Source: a virus. From it: a stretch of DNA of 64,000 nucleotides. Shown piece after piece: positions 9,962-18,517 of the stretch; position 1 is the first letter of the stretch, and every line of letters starts with the position of its first letter. Under the pieces are notes generated by a model. It made no database searches and was not told where the DNA came from. It saw nothing but the letters and a program-made list of their open reading frames with translations. The translations under genes and the position numbers were made by a program. The DNA is taken from IMG/VR virus record IMGVR_UViG_3300045988_168112; one strand, 5' to 3'.

Positions 9962-10657
9962 TTAAATTATCTCTGATTCTACACCTGGCAATCCATGATT
10001 TTGATAATTATCTCCATCAATCGCTGCTATTCCTGCATCTTCAAATAACAATTTATTTAAAAATTCAGTATTAACCAAAGATGAAATAATTTGTTCAACA
10101 GAAACTTCCAATCTTACAGACCTTACAAATATAGGTAGAGGAATCAAGTTTGTATCTGCCATAAGCTCTGTCATTGTTATATCGATAGTCGAATAATTAG
10201 CAGCTAACCAGTTATACGCTCCAGTCATTAATGCATAAAGTACTTCTGATAATAAAATACTTTCTAACATATTATCTGACAGACACATAATTTCAAAACC
10301 ACATTCTCTACTATCTCGAACTTGCCATGCTCCATCAGGAGTATAAATTTCACCATTCAATTTACCTATTGAATTAGCAGGTCCTTTTGTTTTACCTGGT
10401 TCTCTTATGACGTAACAAGGTAATCCCGTCTTATCTTTAGGAAATTCAAGTCTTACTTCTATTTTCCTCGGATTAGCAGATGAACGAGTGAATAACGATT
10501 TTGCTTGTCGATAGAAATCAAAATTTCCATCCTTCATTCCATATAACAATCTATATAGAAAGGTATTTTCTTCGTCATTTTTATGATTTTCTAAATCTTT
10601 GGGTATATATTCCAATAGATTTAGAATAAGCTGTTTTACACGGATTATTTCTATCAT
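9962..10657 (-). CDS. neck/tail-completion protein (by position)
   Basis: 231-aa ORF between head genes and sheath. Confidence 0.35.
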   Translation of the reverse strand: MIEIIRVKQLILNLLEYIPKDLENHKNDEENTFLYRLLYGMKDGNFDFYRQAKSLFTRSSANPRKIEVRLEFPKDKTGLPCYVIREPGKTKGPANSIGKLNGEIYTPDGAWQVRDSRECGFEIMCLSDNMLESILLSEVLYALMTGAYNWLAANYSTIDITMTELMADTNLIPLPIFVRSVRLEVSVEQIISSLVNTEFLNKLLFEDAGIAAIDGDNYQNHGLPGVESEII

Positions 10658-10658
10658 A

Positions 10659-11438
10659 TCATTTGTTATTTAATATCCTTTCTAATGTTTCATCAATAGC
10701 CATATCAGCAACTCTGTCTATCTGAGCAATTTCAAGTGCCCTATCCATCAATCTCTTAGCAATAATACCACCATTGAACCAGCTATTAGGGTCTGACTTG
10801 TCACTAACTCTTCTAAATGTCATGTATTGACCTCTATTCTCATTTTCTGAACTTGAAGCTTCAACTCGTACAAGCCCTTCATATTTAGCTGCTTTATGAA
10901 TGTATTCTGGAACTTTTAATCCAGGAATGTTAATTTCTTTTCTTACACCAGGTATTTGTTGACTTTCAGGTAGTTGAGACCTTTTTAATGGCATTGGTGA
11001 ATTTTTAGCAAGTTGATATACATCCTGAGGCATAATTGAACTGAATATTCCTGCTTCAGCAATCGCTTGCGGTGTCGCATGGCGGAACGGTACGGTCAAA
11101 AATGGTTTACCATCTTTTGTTCGCTTTGCTTTTAAAGAACCTAATAAAAATGGTTTTTCATTCCAAGGTCCATGTCCTTCCTCTATAGATAAAGGTAACG
11201 AAGATTCTCTATTAGATAATCCAAAAATAATTTCAGTAGGATTGACTCGTTCAATAAAAATACCTCTTAAATATTCATTTCGAGAACTTTTTAATTCTTT
11301 ATCTATTAGATTTTTCCATCTATAGGAATATTCTTGTGCTACTCTATCTATAATAGTAGTACCTATCATCAATGTTTGATTTTCATCAAGTGAAAACTCT
11401 TCAATAAGAGAAGAAATATCTATATTAATTGGAACCAT
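10659..11438 (-). CDS. neck/head-tail joining protein (by position)
   Basis: 259-aa ORF in head-to-tail region. Confidence 0.35.
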   Translation of the reverse strand: MVPINIDISSLIEEFSLDENQTLMIGTTIIDRVAQEYSYRWKNLIDKELKSSRNEYLRGIFIERVNPTEIIFGLSNRESSLPLSIEEGHGPWNEKPFLLGSLKAKRTKDGKPFLTVPFRHATPQAIAEAGIFSSIMPQDVYQLAKNSPMPLKRSQLPESQQIPGVRKEINIPGLKVPEYIHKAAKYEGLVRVEASSSENENRGQYMTFRRVSDKSDPNSWFNGGIIAKRLMDRALEIAQIDRVADMAIDETLERILNNK

Positions 11439-12216
11439 ATATTTCTTTCTTTAAAAATTCAACCAATTCTTCGACATCATCTGGAACTTTTGCTCCTTTA
11501 GAATCGTTTTCACTTGCCCATAGAGGCTGTAAGTTTCTGTAATTGAAACAAATACGCTGATTCTCCTCTTTTGTTAAATCGAAATAGGAGCAAGGAATAA
11601 TATGGTCGATATGCCATTCTCCATAATTATCCCATGACATTCCTGGCTCGAATTGTAGTTCAAGATGTTGCTTCAATTCTTCAATCGTACAACCGAGAAG
11701 TTCGAGAGTATGACCTGATTTCCAACCTTTCGTTATCGCTTGATGAATTCTTGACCTTAAATTATGTTTTAAAGCAAAAATTTTATCTATTTTCCTTTTT
11801 TCTTGAATATATTTATTACACTTTACTCGTCTTTTTTGTTGTATCTTTTTTAATACAATTTTACCATTGATAGATTGATAATATTTTTTATTATACTCTA
11901 AAATCTTTACATGTCTCCTTTTTCTAATCAAATATCTTACTTCTTTCCCTCTTTCAGACTGTTCGTAATTTTTATTTCTCTCTCTTATCTCATTTTTATT
12001 TTTTAAATACTTATTCTTATTATATTCCTTTATTTCTTCTTTATGAGATTCTCTATATCTTTTAGATGCTTCTTTACTATTATATAAAGGTTTACAATCT
12101 TTACATTGATATTCATAACCATCAAAAGTTTTTTTATTTTTGTAAAAAGAATCTAAAGGAAGTTCCTTTCGACATTTCGAACAAATCTTGGTTCCTTTTT
12201 CGAAGTTAGCTCTCAT
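11425..12216 (-). CDS. HNH homing endonuclease with N-terminal zinc ribbon
   Basis: HIDHIIPCSYF ... NLQPLWASENDSKGAK (HNH); N-terminal CSKCRKELPLDSFY..CKDCK; K/R/E-rich linker. Confidence 0.75.
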   Translation of the reverse strand: MRANFEKGTKICSKCRKELPLDSFYKNKKTFDGYEYQCKDCKPLYNSKEASKRYRESHKEEIKEYNKNKYLKNKNEIRERNKNYEQSERGKEVRYLIRKRRHVKILEYNKKYYQSINGKIVLKKIQQKRRVKCNKYIQEKRKIDKIFALKHNLRSRIHQAITKGWKSGHTLELLGCTIEELKQHLELQFEPGMSWDNYGEWHIDHIIPCSYFDLTKEENQRICFNYRNLQPLWASENDSKGAKVPDDVEELVEFLKKEIYGSN

Positions 12217-12219
12217 AAT

Positions 12220-12990
12220 CTATATATTATCGTTAATTATTACACCTGAACCATCGAAATTCGGTTTTTCTATTGCTATCAAATGACTTCTTCTTACTAT
12301 TGCTTGAACCGGAAGTTGAATCTTCTGCAAAGAACCTTTTATCTTATTTGTTTCCCAAGATGCCCTTACTTCATGCGGTAGGTCAAGTACGTGTCCCTCG
12401 ATTCTATGCTTATAATAAATACTCACTACTCCATTTGTAGGAGGTTCAAAATCCAATATTAAACAATAAGGATTTTCAGGATTTACATGAGCTTGATTCG
12501 TTTTACTTAATTTTTCAGTAGAGGAAATGAAAGTATGAAGAGATATCAAGTCAATCACTCGATACGTCGTAAAAACAAAAAACTCCCCGTTCATTTCTCT
12601 TATTTCCAAATTCTCACTAAAGTAAGAATATTCTGTCTCAAAAGTTATACGATTGAAATAACCTAAATTAGGTTTATCTTTATCAATCACTGTCACTGCG
12701 AATGTTCCTAATAAAGCCTCAGTCCAATTCTTATATTGATTGTTCTGATTAATTCCAGTTATAAGAGCTTTTGTTTTTGTAGGATTAACATAGAAATAAC
12801 CAGTACCGAAACAATTCTGACAATCAGGTAAAGCTGCATCTCTTCCATGACAAGGACATCTCAATGCTGTTTCAAGTGTTACATCGTAACCTTTAGCAAA
12901 GATAGCTTTCTCAAACTCATCCTTATAAAATTCTGGTCTAAAATTACTTAAACCTGGATTAGGTGTCTGTAAGATATTCTTCTGTTCCAT
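12220..12990 (-). CDS. virion neck/connector protein with Cys cluster
   Basis: 256 aa; CPCHGRDAALPDCQNCFGTG zinc-like cluster; position between head and tail genes. Confidence 0.35.
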   Translation of the reverse strand: MEQKNILQTPNPGLSNFRPEFYKDEFEKAIFAKGYDVTLETALRCPCHGRDAALPDCQNCFGTGYFYVNPTKTKALITGINQNNQYKNWTEALLGTFAVTVIDKDKPNLGYFNRITFETEYSYFSENLEIREMNGEFFVFTTYRVIDLISLHTFISSTEKLSKTNQAHVNPENPYCLILDFEPPTNGVVSIYYKHRIEGHVLDLPHEVRASWETNKIKGSLQKIQLPVQAIVRRSHLIAIEKPNFDGSGVIINDNI

Positions 12991-12992
12991 AG

Positions 12993-13796
12993 TTAAAATA
13001 CTCTGAATTTAACTTCATCGTAAACAAGTTTCAATCTGCCTACTGCACTATCAATATCCTTTTTGTATTGAATAAGTCTTGCTGAATATGCTGCTGATGT
13101 TGCACTTGCTGTTGTACCTATACTTTGACTCAAACCATCTATACTTAACGATTGACTTGATACACCAGCAACACCGAGGACCAAATCTCCTGCGATGTTT
13201 AACGGACCAAAAGTAGCCAACATTCCAACTATATTCAATAAATCCATTGGCATATCATCTATATCCCATCCTGTGATGTACTGGATTCTCCAATAATCAG
13301 GAATATTCTCATATCTTTGAGTTCCAATCTGAGATGTGATTCCAGTCAAAATAATTTCGGCATTTCCTTGAGTTGTTGATGAACCAGTAGGTACTACACT
13401 AATTCTCCTTTTCCCTTGATTCATTGCCGTATCGTATTCACAGAACAACCATCCTTGTGGATATATAATTTGTTCCATTTTATTCAGCATACCAATCATA
13501 GATAAAGGAATTCGTACAGGATAATTTGTCTGAAGTATAGGGAATTGTTGCCAATAATCTGAACGATAATATGAAAGAGTTTGGTCAACTAACTGTTTCA
13601 TAAAACGCAGATTAAACCAATTTTCTACATCTCTCTGTGCAGATTCTATGTAGAATCTCATGTTTTCATCTGAAAAAGACGTCCCTTCTCCTCCTTCGAT
13701 TTTTATACCGAAAAGATATAAAGACCAAATTTCAGCAACAGAAAAAGCTAAACCAGTATTCTTTCTGTATTTTATTTTCAAAGTTAGTTGACCCAT
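12993..13796 (-). CDS. head-tail connector/adaptor protein (by position)
   Basis: 267-aa ORF two genes downstream of the major capsid gene. Confidence 0.35.
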   Translation of the reverse strand: MGQLTLKIKYRKNTGLAFSVAEIWSLYLFGIKIEGGEGTSFSDENMRFYIESAQRDVENWFNLRFMKQLVDQTLSYYRSDYWQQFPILQTNYPVRIPLSMIGMLNKMEQIIYPQGWLFCEYDTAMNQGKRRISVVPTGSSTTQGNAEIILTGITSQIGTQRYENIPDYWRIQYITGWDIDDMPMDLLNIVGMLATFGPLNIAGDLVLGVAGVSSQSLSIDGLSQSIGTTASATSAAYSARLIQYKKDIDSAVGRLKLVYDEVKFRVF

Positions 13797-13808
13797 TGTA
13801 ATACGTTA

Positions 13809-14348
13809 TTATGCTTTACTCAAAATCATTTCAATAATTTCATCTTTTTTCTTGCCTTTCAAGTCGTCTTCAGAATAATTACCACCTTCTTCTGACATTG
13901 CAAGAGTTTTCAAGTCGTCGACTTTTGTTGCTTTCAAATCTGCTAACAAATTATCGTCTTCAATTTCTTCTTTGGTTGTTTCTTGAATTTCAGTCTTTAC
14001 TGATTCAGTTTTTCCAGCTTTCAACTCTTCAACCAATTTCTTCCAAGATTCGATTTCACCATCTTTTTTAGAAAGTTCAATTTCCTGAGATTCAACGATA
14101 CTCTTCAATCTACGAATCTCGTTTTCGTATTCCTCATTATCTTTCTTGATTTCTGTACGCAACTTATCTTCCATTTTTGTTCTATATTCCGGTTCTTCAC
14201 CTTCTTTATAAATGTTAGGAAACTGACCATCGACAATTTCCTGATACAATTCGTCAGATACAGTTGCTACACCATTACAAAATTTTACTATCCCATTCTT
14301 GAAACTTAGAGTGTGTTGGGAATAAACTCTACTTTTAATTGTTACCAT
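13809..14348 (-). CDS. acidic coiled-coil protein (head-associated?)
   Basis: 179 aa, E/K-rich heptad-like sequence, directly after capsid gene terminator. Confidence 0.4.
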   Translation of the reverse strand: MVTIKSRVYSQHTLSFKNGIVKFCNGVATVSDELYQEIVDGQFPNIYKEGEEPEYRTKMEDKLRTEIKKDNEEYENEIRRLKSIVESQEIELSKKDGEIESWKKLVEELKAGKTESVKTEIQETTKEEIEDDNLLADLKATKVDDLKTLAMSEEGGNYSEDDLKGKKKDEIIEMILSKA

Positions 14349-14360
14349 AATTCATTAATT

Positions 14361-14408
14361 TAAAAATAAAAAGGAGAAGGAGTTCTTTTAATCTCCCTCC
14401 CCTTTTTT
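14361..14408. terminator. hairpin terminator after major capsid gene
   Basis: GGAGAAGGAG (14373-14382) / CTCCCTCCCC (14393-14402), 8 of 10 pairs, flanked by A-run and T-run. Confidence 0.55.
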
Positions 14409-14430
14409 GAAACAATTTATTGCAATTAGA

Positions 14431-15954
14431 TTACAAACCTTCGTCACCAATGTTAACGATACGTACAATCTTAGCAGGCTGATATAATACCGGAGTACCA
14501 TAGTTCAAGATACAGAATCGACGACTCGGAGCAGTAACTGCAAAGTCCATCTTAACAGTATCAGAGAACTGTAAGTATTCGTTAATCTGACTATCATTGT
14601 AATATACCAAGGCAGACTTGGTACCTGCAATGATACGGTTGCGGTCACGTACACAATTTGCAGCAGCACCATCATAACCAGTTGCCATCTGAGAAACAGG
14701 TACTTCAAAAATCGGGAAGTATTCTGTCGTATCATTCAAAACAGCATCTTTCTTTGTACGATAAATAACAAATGAAGAAGCTGCATAAGCACCACCTACA
14801 CCAGCAGTAACACCGAACTCAACTGACTGAGTTGCAGTAACAGCTTGAGCACCAGCAGATGTAATATTCAAAGGTGCAGATTCACCATAACGATTCTTTG
14901 CAGTTACCAAGTAACCATAAGCACCTGCATGACGACCAAAGTTAGTCTTAGTATCAGCATTATTAACCTTAATTGCTGTTCCAGCAGTCGGAGCAACCGG
15001 AGCAACCGGAGCTTTCGGACTTGTAGCGCCTTTACCTACTCTAATAGGCTTACGAACATCAAAGAAACGGTCATTCTTAATGTTAATTTTACCAAACTGG
15101 GTTGTAACATCATTTACAGACTGACCCATAGTAGCACCAGTTACAGAAGCTGCAAGACCTACGATAACTCGCTTGCTTTCGTGGAACTGTTGTACGTAAT
15201 TGTTGAATACAATCGGGTTAGAGATGATTCGGTCAATATAACCATTATAAACATTCACCACAACATTAGATGCATCCTGAATCATCTTATCATTCAAAAC
15301 CTGATTCTGAGCATCAATAACAGCCGGAGAATTGAAATAACCATCAAGCAGTTGTTCAGAAGTCTTACCTTCTGCTGTACCACCGTCCATTTCATTTACA
15401 CCCAACATGTGCTGACGGAATACACCATCAAACTCGATATCAACACAAGAAGAGTCTGCACTTGTCAATGCTGTGTCAATCAATGTCTGTAGCAAAATGG
15501 TCTTATTCTCAACTTCCTGACGATACATGTTATCAATACCGTTGTATTCAGCAATCATTGCAGGATGAGTTACTTGACCAGTAACACCCATGTATTTAGT
15601 CAAGATTGACTTACGTCTGTATTGAGAATCGGTTTCTTCAGGGGTTTCACCTTCAGTATTGAAGATACTGATATCTTCACCATACTTATACAACTGATTG
15701 TACTGATGAACATTCTGTTTAATCTTCTGTTTCGGCATTTCCATATAGTACACCAACTGATTCAATCTATTGGTCAAAATCTTCAAGACTGAATCCAAGG
15801 ATTCAACTTTCAGACCACCACCATTATTAATCATGTTGTTGTATTGCATACCGGTCATAGAACCGGCTTCCATAGCTTTCAAGATATCGTTTGATGACAG
15901 TCCATCGAACAAATCGATATCTGTTCCGTTATTAGTGTATTGATACAAATCCAT
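14431..15954 (-). CDS. major capsid protein
   Basis: 507 aa; follows protease and acidic scaffold-like gene; followed by a hairpin terminator; size and order fit an HK97-fold capsid protein. Confidence 0.75.
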   Translation of the reverse strand: MDLYQYTNNGTDIDLFDGLSSNDILKAMEAGSMTGMQYNNMINNGGGLKVESLDSVLKILTNRLNQLVYYMEMPKQKIKQNVHQYNQLYKYGEDISIFNTEGETPEETDSQYRRKSILTKYMGVTGQVTHPAMIAEYNGIDNMYRQEVENKTILLQTLIDTALTSADSSCVDIEFDGVFRQHMLGVNEMDGGTAEGKTSEQLLDGYFNSPAVIDAQNQVLNDKMIQDASNVVVNVYNGYIDRIISNPIVFNNYVQQFHESKRVIVGLAASVTGATMGQSVNDVTTQFGKINIKNDRFFDVRKPIRVGKGATSPKAPVAPVAPTAGTAIKVNNADTKTNFGRHAGAYGYLVTAKNRYGESAPLNITSAGAQAVTATQSVEFGVTAGVGGAYAASSFVIYRTKKDAVLNDTTEYFPIFEVPVSQMATGYDGAAANCVRDRNRIIAGTKSALVYYNDSQINEYLQFSDTVKMDFAVTAPSRRFCILNYGTPVLYQPAKIVRIVNIGDEGL

Positions 15955-15986
15955 AACTTATTTTTATTTATAATTTAAATCCGAAT

Positions 15987-16655
15987 TTACTTTACAAATT
16001 TAATACCATTTTTAGTGTACATGTAACGAGCCAATTCTTCACCTACTGTTTCAGCATAAGGATTGGTCATATAATTCAATGCATCAGCTTCCAGAGATTT
16101 TCTAATTGAATCGTCACTTTCGTTAGTGAGAGCTTTTTCAATCATCTTAGCTACCATCGGACGTTGATTGATGATATTAAGTTCAATCTTTCCATTGTCA
16201 TCCTTTTCAAAGTTCATAGACTTCTGAATAGCTGACATGTTGTCCAAACCTTCTGAACGAAACTTCGGTGCTTCTTGACCAAACTTATCCATCTTAGCAC
16301 TCAGGTTATCCAGACTTTCAGCCATACGCTCAATGATAGGATTGAAGATTGAACCTACAGACTTCATAATCATTGATTCCATAGATTTCATCATTTCACC
16401 TTCTGCATTCTTATCTTCGGCAGTATTCTTTTCATCCTCTTTCACCTTCTCTTCTTTCTTGACAGCTTCTTTTTCAAGCTTATCAATATCTTCCTCTTCT
16501 TTTGTTTCAGACTCATGGTCACCACGAGCTGCTTTATCTTCAGATTTTTCAATCTTAATATCGCCATTAGCTATTGCTTTTTCGATATATTCCTCGCTAA
16601 AGTTTGCATCCAGCAATGACTTCACGATTTTGTTGTCTAAATATTCCTTTTTCAT
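15987..16655 (-). CDS. capsid scaffolding protein
   Basis: 222 aa, highly acidic/lysine-rich helical, between protease and capsid gene. Confidence 0.5.
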   Translation of the reverse strand: MKKEYLDNKIVKSLLDANFSEEYIEKAIANGDIKIEKSEDKAARGDHESETKEEEDIDKLEKEAVKKEEKVKEDEKNTAEDKNAEGEMMKSMESMIMKSVGSIFNPIIERMAESLDNLSAKMDKFGQEAPKFRSEGLDNMSAIQKSMNFEKDDNGKIELNIINQRPMVAKMIEKALTNESDDSIRKSLEADALNYMTNPYAETVGEELARYMYTKNGIKFVK

Positions 16656-16660
16656 TTTAA

Positions 16661-16694
16661 TTAAAATTTATGTTTACGTAAAAATAGAACCAAA
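16661..16694 (-). promoter_or_regulatory. possible host-type promoter TTTG-N20-TAAATTTTAA
   Basis: Minus strand TTTGgttctatttttacgtaaacaTAAATTTTAA, 5 nt before ATG 16655; AT-rich context so chance match is possible. Confidence 0.25.
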
Positions 16695-16709
16695 TTTTTA
16701 TTTTACAAA

Positions 16710-17489
16710 TTAAATTCGCTGACTTTTTAAGAAATCTTGAAGAACATTTATAGAAATATGACCCTCTTCATAACTTTTGAATAGATTTTTAAGAATCTCA
16801 TCATTCTTCGCTTTAAGAGGCTCGATTCTAATTCGAAAATCTTTATCAATAGAAAGAATATGTCCATCCTTTTCCATTTCAAGTAAAATGTTAGTTGTTC
16901 GAAAATCTTTATCAGATTCAAATTCGTAATCTACATAATCCTTAGTTTGAACTCCCTTTACAATATCTGCAAAAGTATTTGCATTCACTGGAGTCATAGT
17001 CATTGCAAGATTCGTAATAAGAGCTTTTTTGATTTTCTTAGGATTTGACTTATCTCTTTCAAGAGCTTTACCTTCTATACTAAAACCAGGTTTACGATTG
17101 GTACCTGATTCTTTCATCTCAAGTGCCTTATCATAAAATGCTCTTGCTTCAGGAGATTTTTTCCAAAGTTGACATTTTACATAAAACTTATTATTTTCAA
17201 CTTTTGCACTAATAGGTGCTCCAATCCAAAAACGAGATTTATTAATAGGTGAGCGAGAGGTTAAATGGTCTAAATTTATTAAACCATGTTTCAAAAATCG
17301 GTCAATTATAAAACCATTAGGTTCCATAGATTCACCTTCTGCATCTTCAGATGTATCGGAAGCCAACCCTTCAAATATCATTCTTTCGTATCTCCTATCA
17401 TCACCAATTGGATAATCGAGAGGATTAAAAGAAGATTTCTCAAAGTCAGCTTCTGTAAAAAAGTTAAATCTTGAACCTATTTCAAACAT
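16710..17489 (-). CDS. prohead serine protease (HK97/S78-like)
   Basis: GLINLDH (His) and GFSIEGKAL (Ser) motifs at expected spacing; upstream of scaffold and capsid genes. Confidence 0.6.
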   Translation of the reverse strand: MFEIGSRFNFFTEADFEKSSFNPLDYPIGDDRRYERMIFEGLASDTSEDAEGESMEPNGFIIDRFLKHGLINLDHLTSRSPINKSRFWIGAPISAKVENNKFYVKCQLWKKSPEARAFYDKALEMKESGTNRKPGFSIEGKALERDKSNPKKIKKALITNLAMTMTPVNANTFADIVKGVQTKDYVDYEFESDKDFRTTNILLEMEKDGHILSIDKDFRIRIEPLKAKNDEILKNLFKSYEEGHISINVLQDFLKSQRI

Positions 17490-18310
17490 TTTCGTTTCTG
17501 TTCCATAATCACCGAATTTAGAAATTTATCAATCAAATCATCGATTTCTTTGTATCTTCTCACTCTTTTCCAATCATTTTCAGAAACTTTCTTCTTCGTT
17601 CCCATAATTGCACCGAAAATCGCTGCATTTGTATCAGTATCTTCGCCATAATTGATAACTGAACAAAGGTCTTCAAAAAGTGTAGAATTCTTATTTTCTT
17701 GCGCTAAATAATTATCAATCACGAGATTATATGTGTTTATCACATCACCTCTATTATCATAATCATTCACCTCAAGATTTTCCATCGGCAAATCTCCTAA
17801 CAAATTTTTGAGTATGCAACAAAATTTACTACCGAATTCAAAACAATTCTTATTATTGTGTGTATAGCAACAAAACGCTTCAAATAGATTTTTCGTATAT
17901 TCATCAGATTCATTCAAACAAGCTATTGCAATAGGAAGTGAATAAAACAATGCACCGTTGCCCATTCTATCTGTTCTTGAACATCCTTTGCACTGTATTG
18001 ATTCTACTGTTTGATTTCCAATATCAAACAATCTACTTCCTGCATTGAATTTCTTGTTTTTATACCATAAATCCAAGTTCTTTTCGAATTTATCAATCTT
18101 CTTGATATTTTCTCCAGGTGTACAAAAAGCATCTAATAAACACAATAAAACAGATGTATCGTCAGACCACGTTCCCTCTATCTGTCCATGAATTCCTCCT
18201 GAAGCGAATCCACAACAGAGAAATGTTCCTTCACTTCTAAATTCAAAAGGAACACCAAGTACATCTCCAAGGATATAGGCTCTGATACTATTTCTTATCT
18301 TCTCTTTCAT
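17477..18310 (-). CDS. ADP-ribosylglycohydrolase (DraG/ARH family)
   Basis: N-terminal IRAYILGDVLGVPFEF and C-terminal GEDTDTNAAIFGAIMG family signatures; start taken at MKEKIRN (ATG 18310), track start 18358 adds an odd 16-aa extension. Confidence 0.8.
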   Translation of the reverse strand: MKEKIRNSIRAYILGDVLGVPFEFRSEGTFLCCGFASGGIHGQIEGTWSDDTSVLLCLLDAFCTPGENIKKIDKFEKNLDLWYKNKKFNAGSRLFDIGNQTVESIQCKGCSRTDRMGNGALFYSLPIAIACLNESDEYTKNLFEAFCCYTHNNKNCFEFGSKFCCILKNLLGDLPMENLEVNDYDNRGDVINTYNLVIDNYLAQENKNSTLFEDLCSVINYGEDTDTNAAIFGAIMGTKKKVSENDWKRVRRYKEIDDLIDKFLNSVIMEQKRKCLK

Positions 18311-18449
18311 TGTTCTCGAATTTCTTTGCATTCTTAATTGCATTGTCAACCATTTCATCAGTTGCTTTTTTCCTCTCTTCTTCAGTAGGAGTATGAATAA
18401 TACTCATTGTACTGCAGTCATTCCATCTTGATACTTTCTTTGTTTCCAT
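18288..18449 (-). CDS. small ORF (53 aa) overlapping the ARH start
   Basis: ATG 18449, 21 nt after promoter -7 box; METKKVSRWNDCST...NNEREDKK; below the ORF-track length cutoff; ends 23 nt inside the ARH gene in another frame. Confidence 0.35.
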   Translation of the reverse strand: METKKVSRWNDCSTMSIIHTPTEEERKKATDEMVDNAIKNAKKFENNEREDKK

Positions 18450-18470
18450 TAGCTTTTTCTTTTTAGTATC

Positions 18471-18501
18471 TAAAGATACACCTTTTATTAATGTGGTCCA
18501 A
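18471..18501 (-). promoter_or_regulatory. promoter TTG-N20-TATCTTTAGA in front of small ORF/ARH
   Basis: Minus strand TTGgaccacattaataaaaggtgTATCTTTAGATACTAAAAAG, between the ART stop (18518) and ATG 18449. Confidence 0.55.
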
Positions 18502-18517
18502 CAATTCTAATAAAAAG

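Noticed and set aside
14845-15492. 215-aa plus-strand ORF antisense to the major capsid gene
   Set aside because: It lies entirely inside a well-supported minus-strand gene. Its translation is Cys/Ser/Ile-rich low complexity with no promoter motif or start context, so it is a mirror-frame artefact.
18311-18358. Longer ARH start (MKWLTMQLRMQRNSRT...)
   Set aside because: The family N-terminus normally begins just before the GD.LG motif, and the extension is an atypical Met/Arg/Gln-rich peptide. It is kept as an alternative only.
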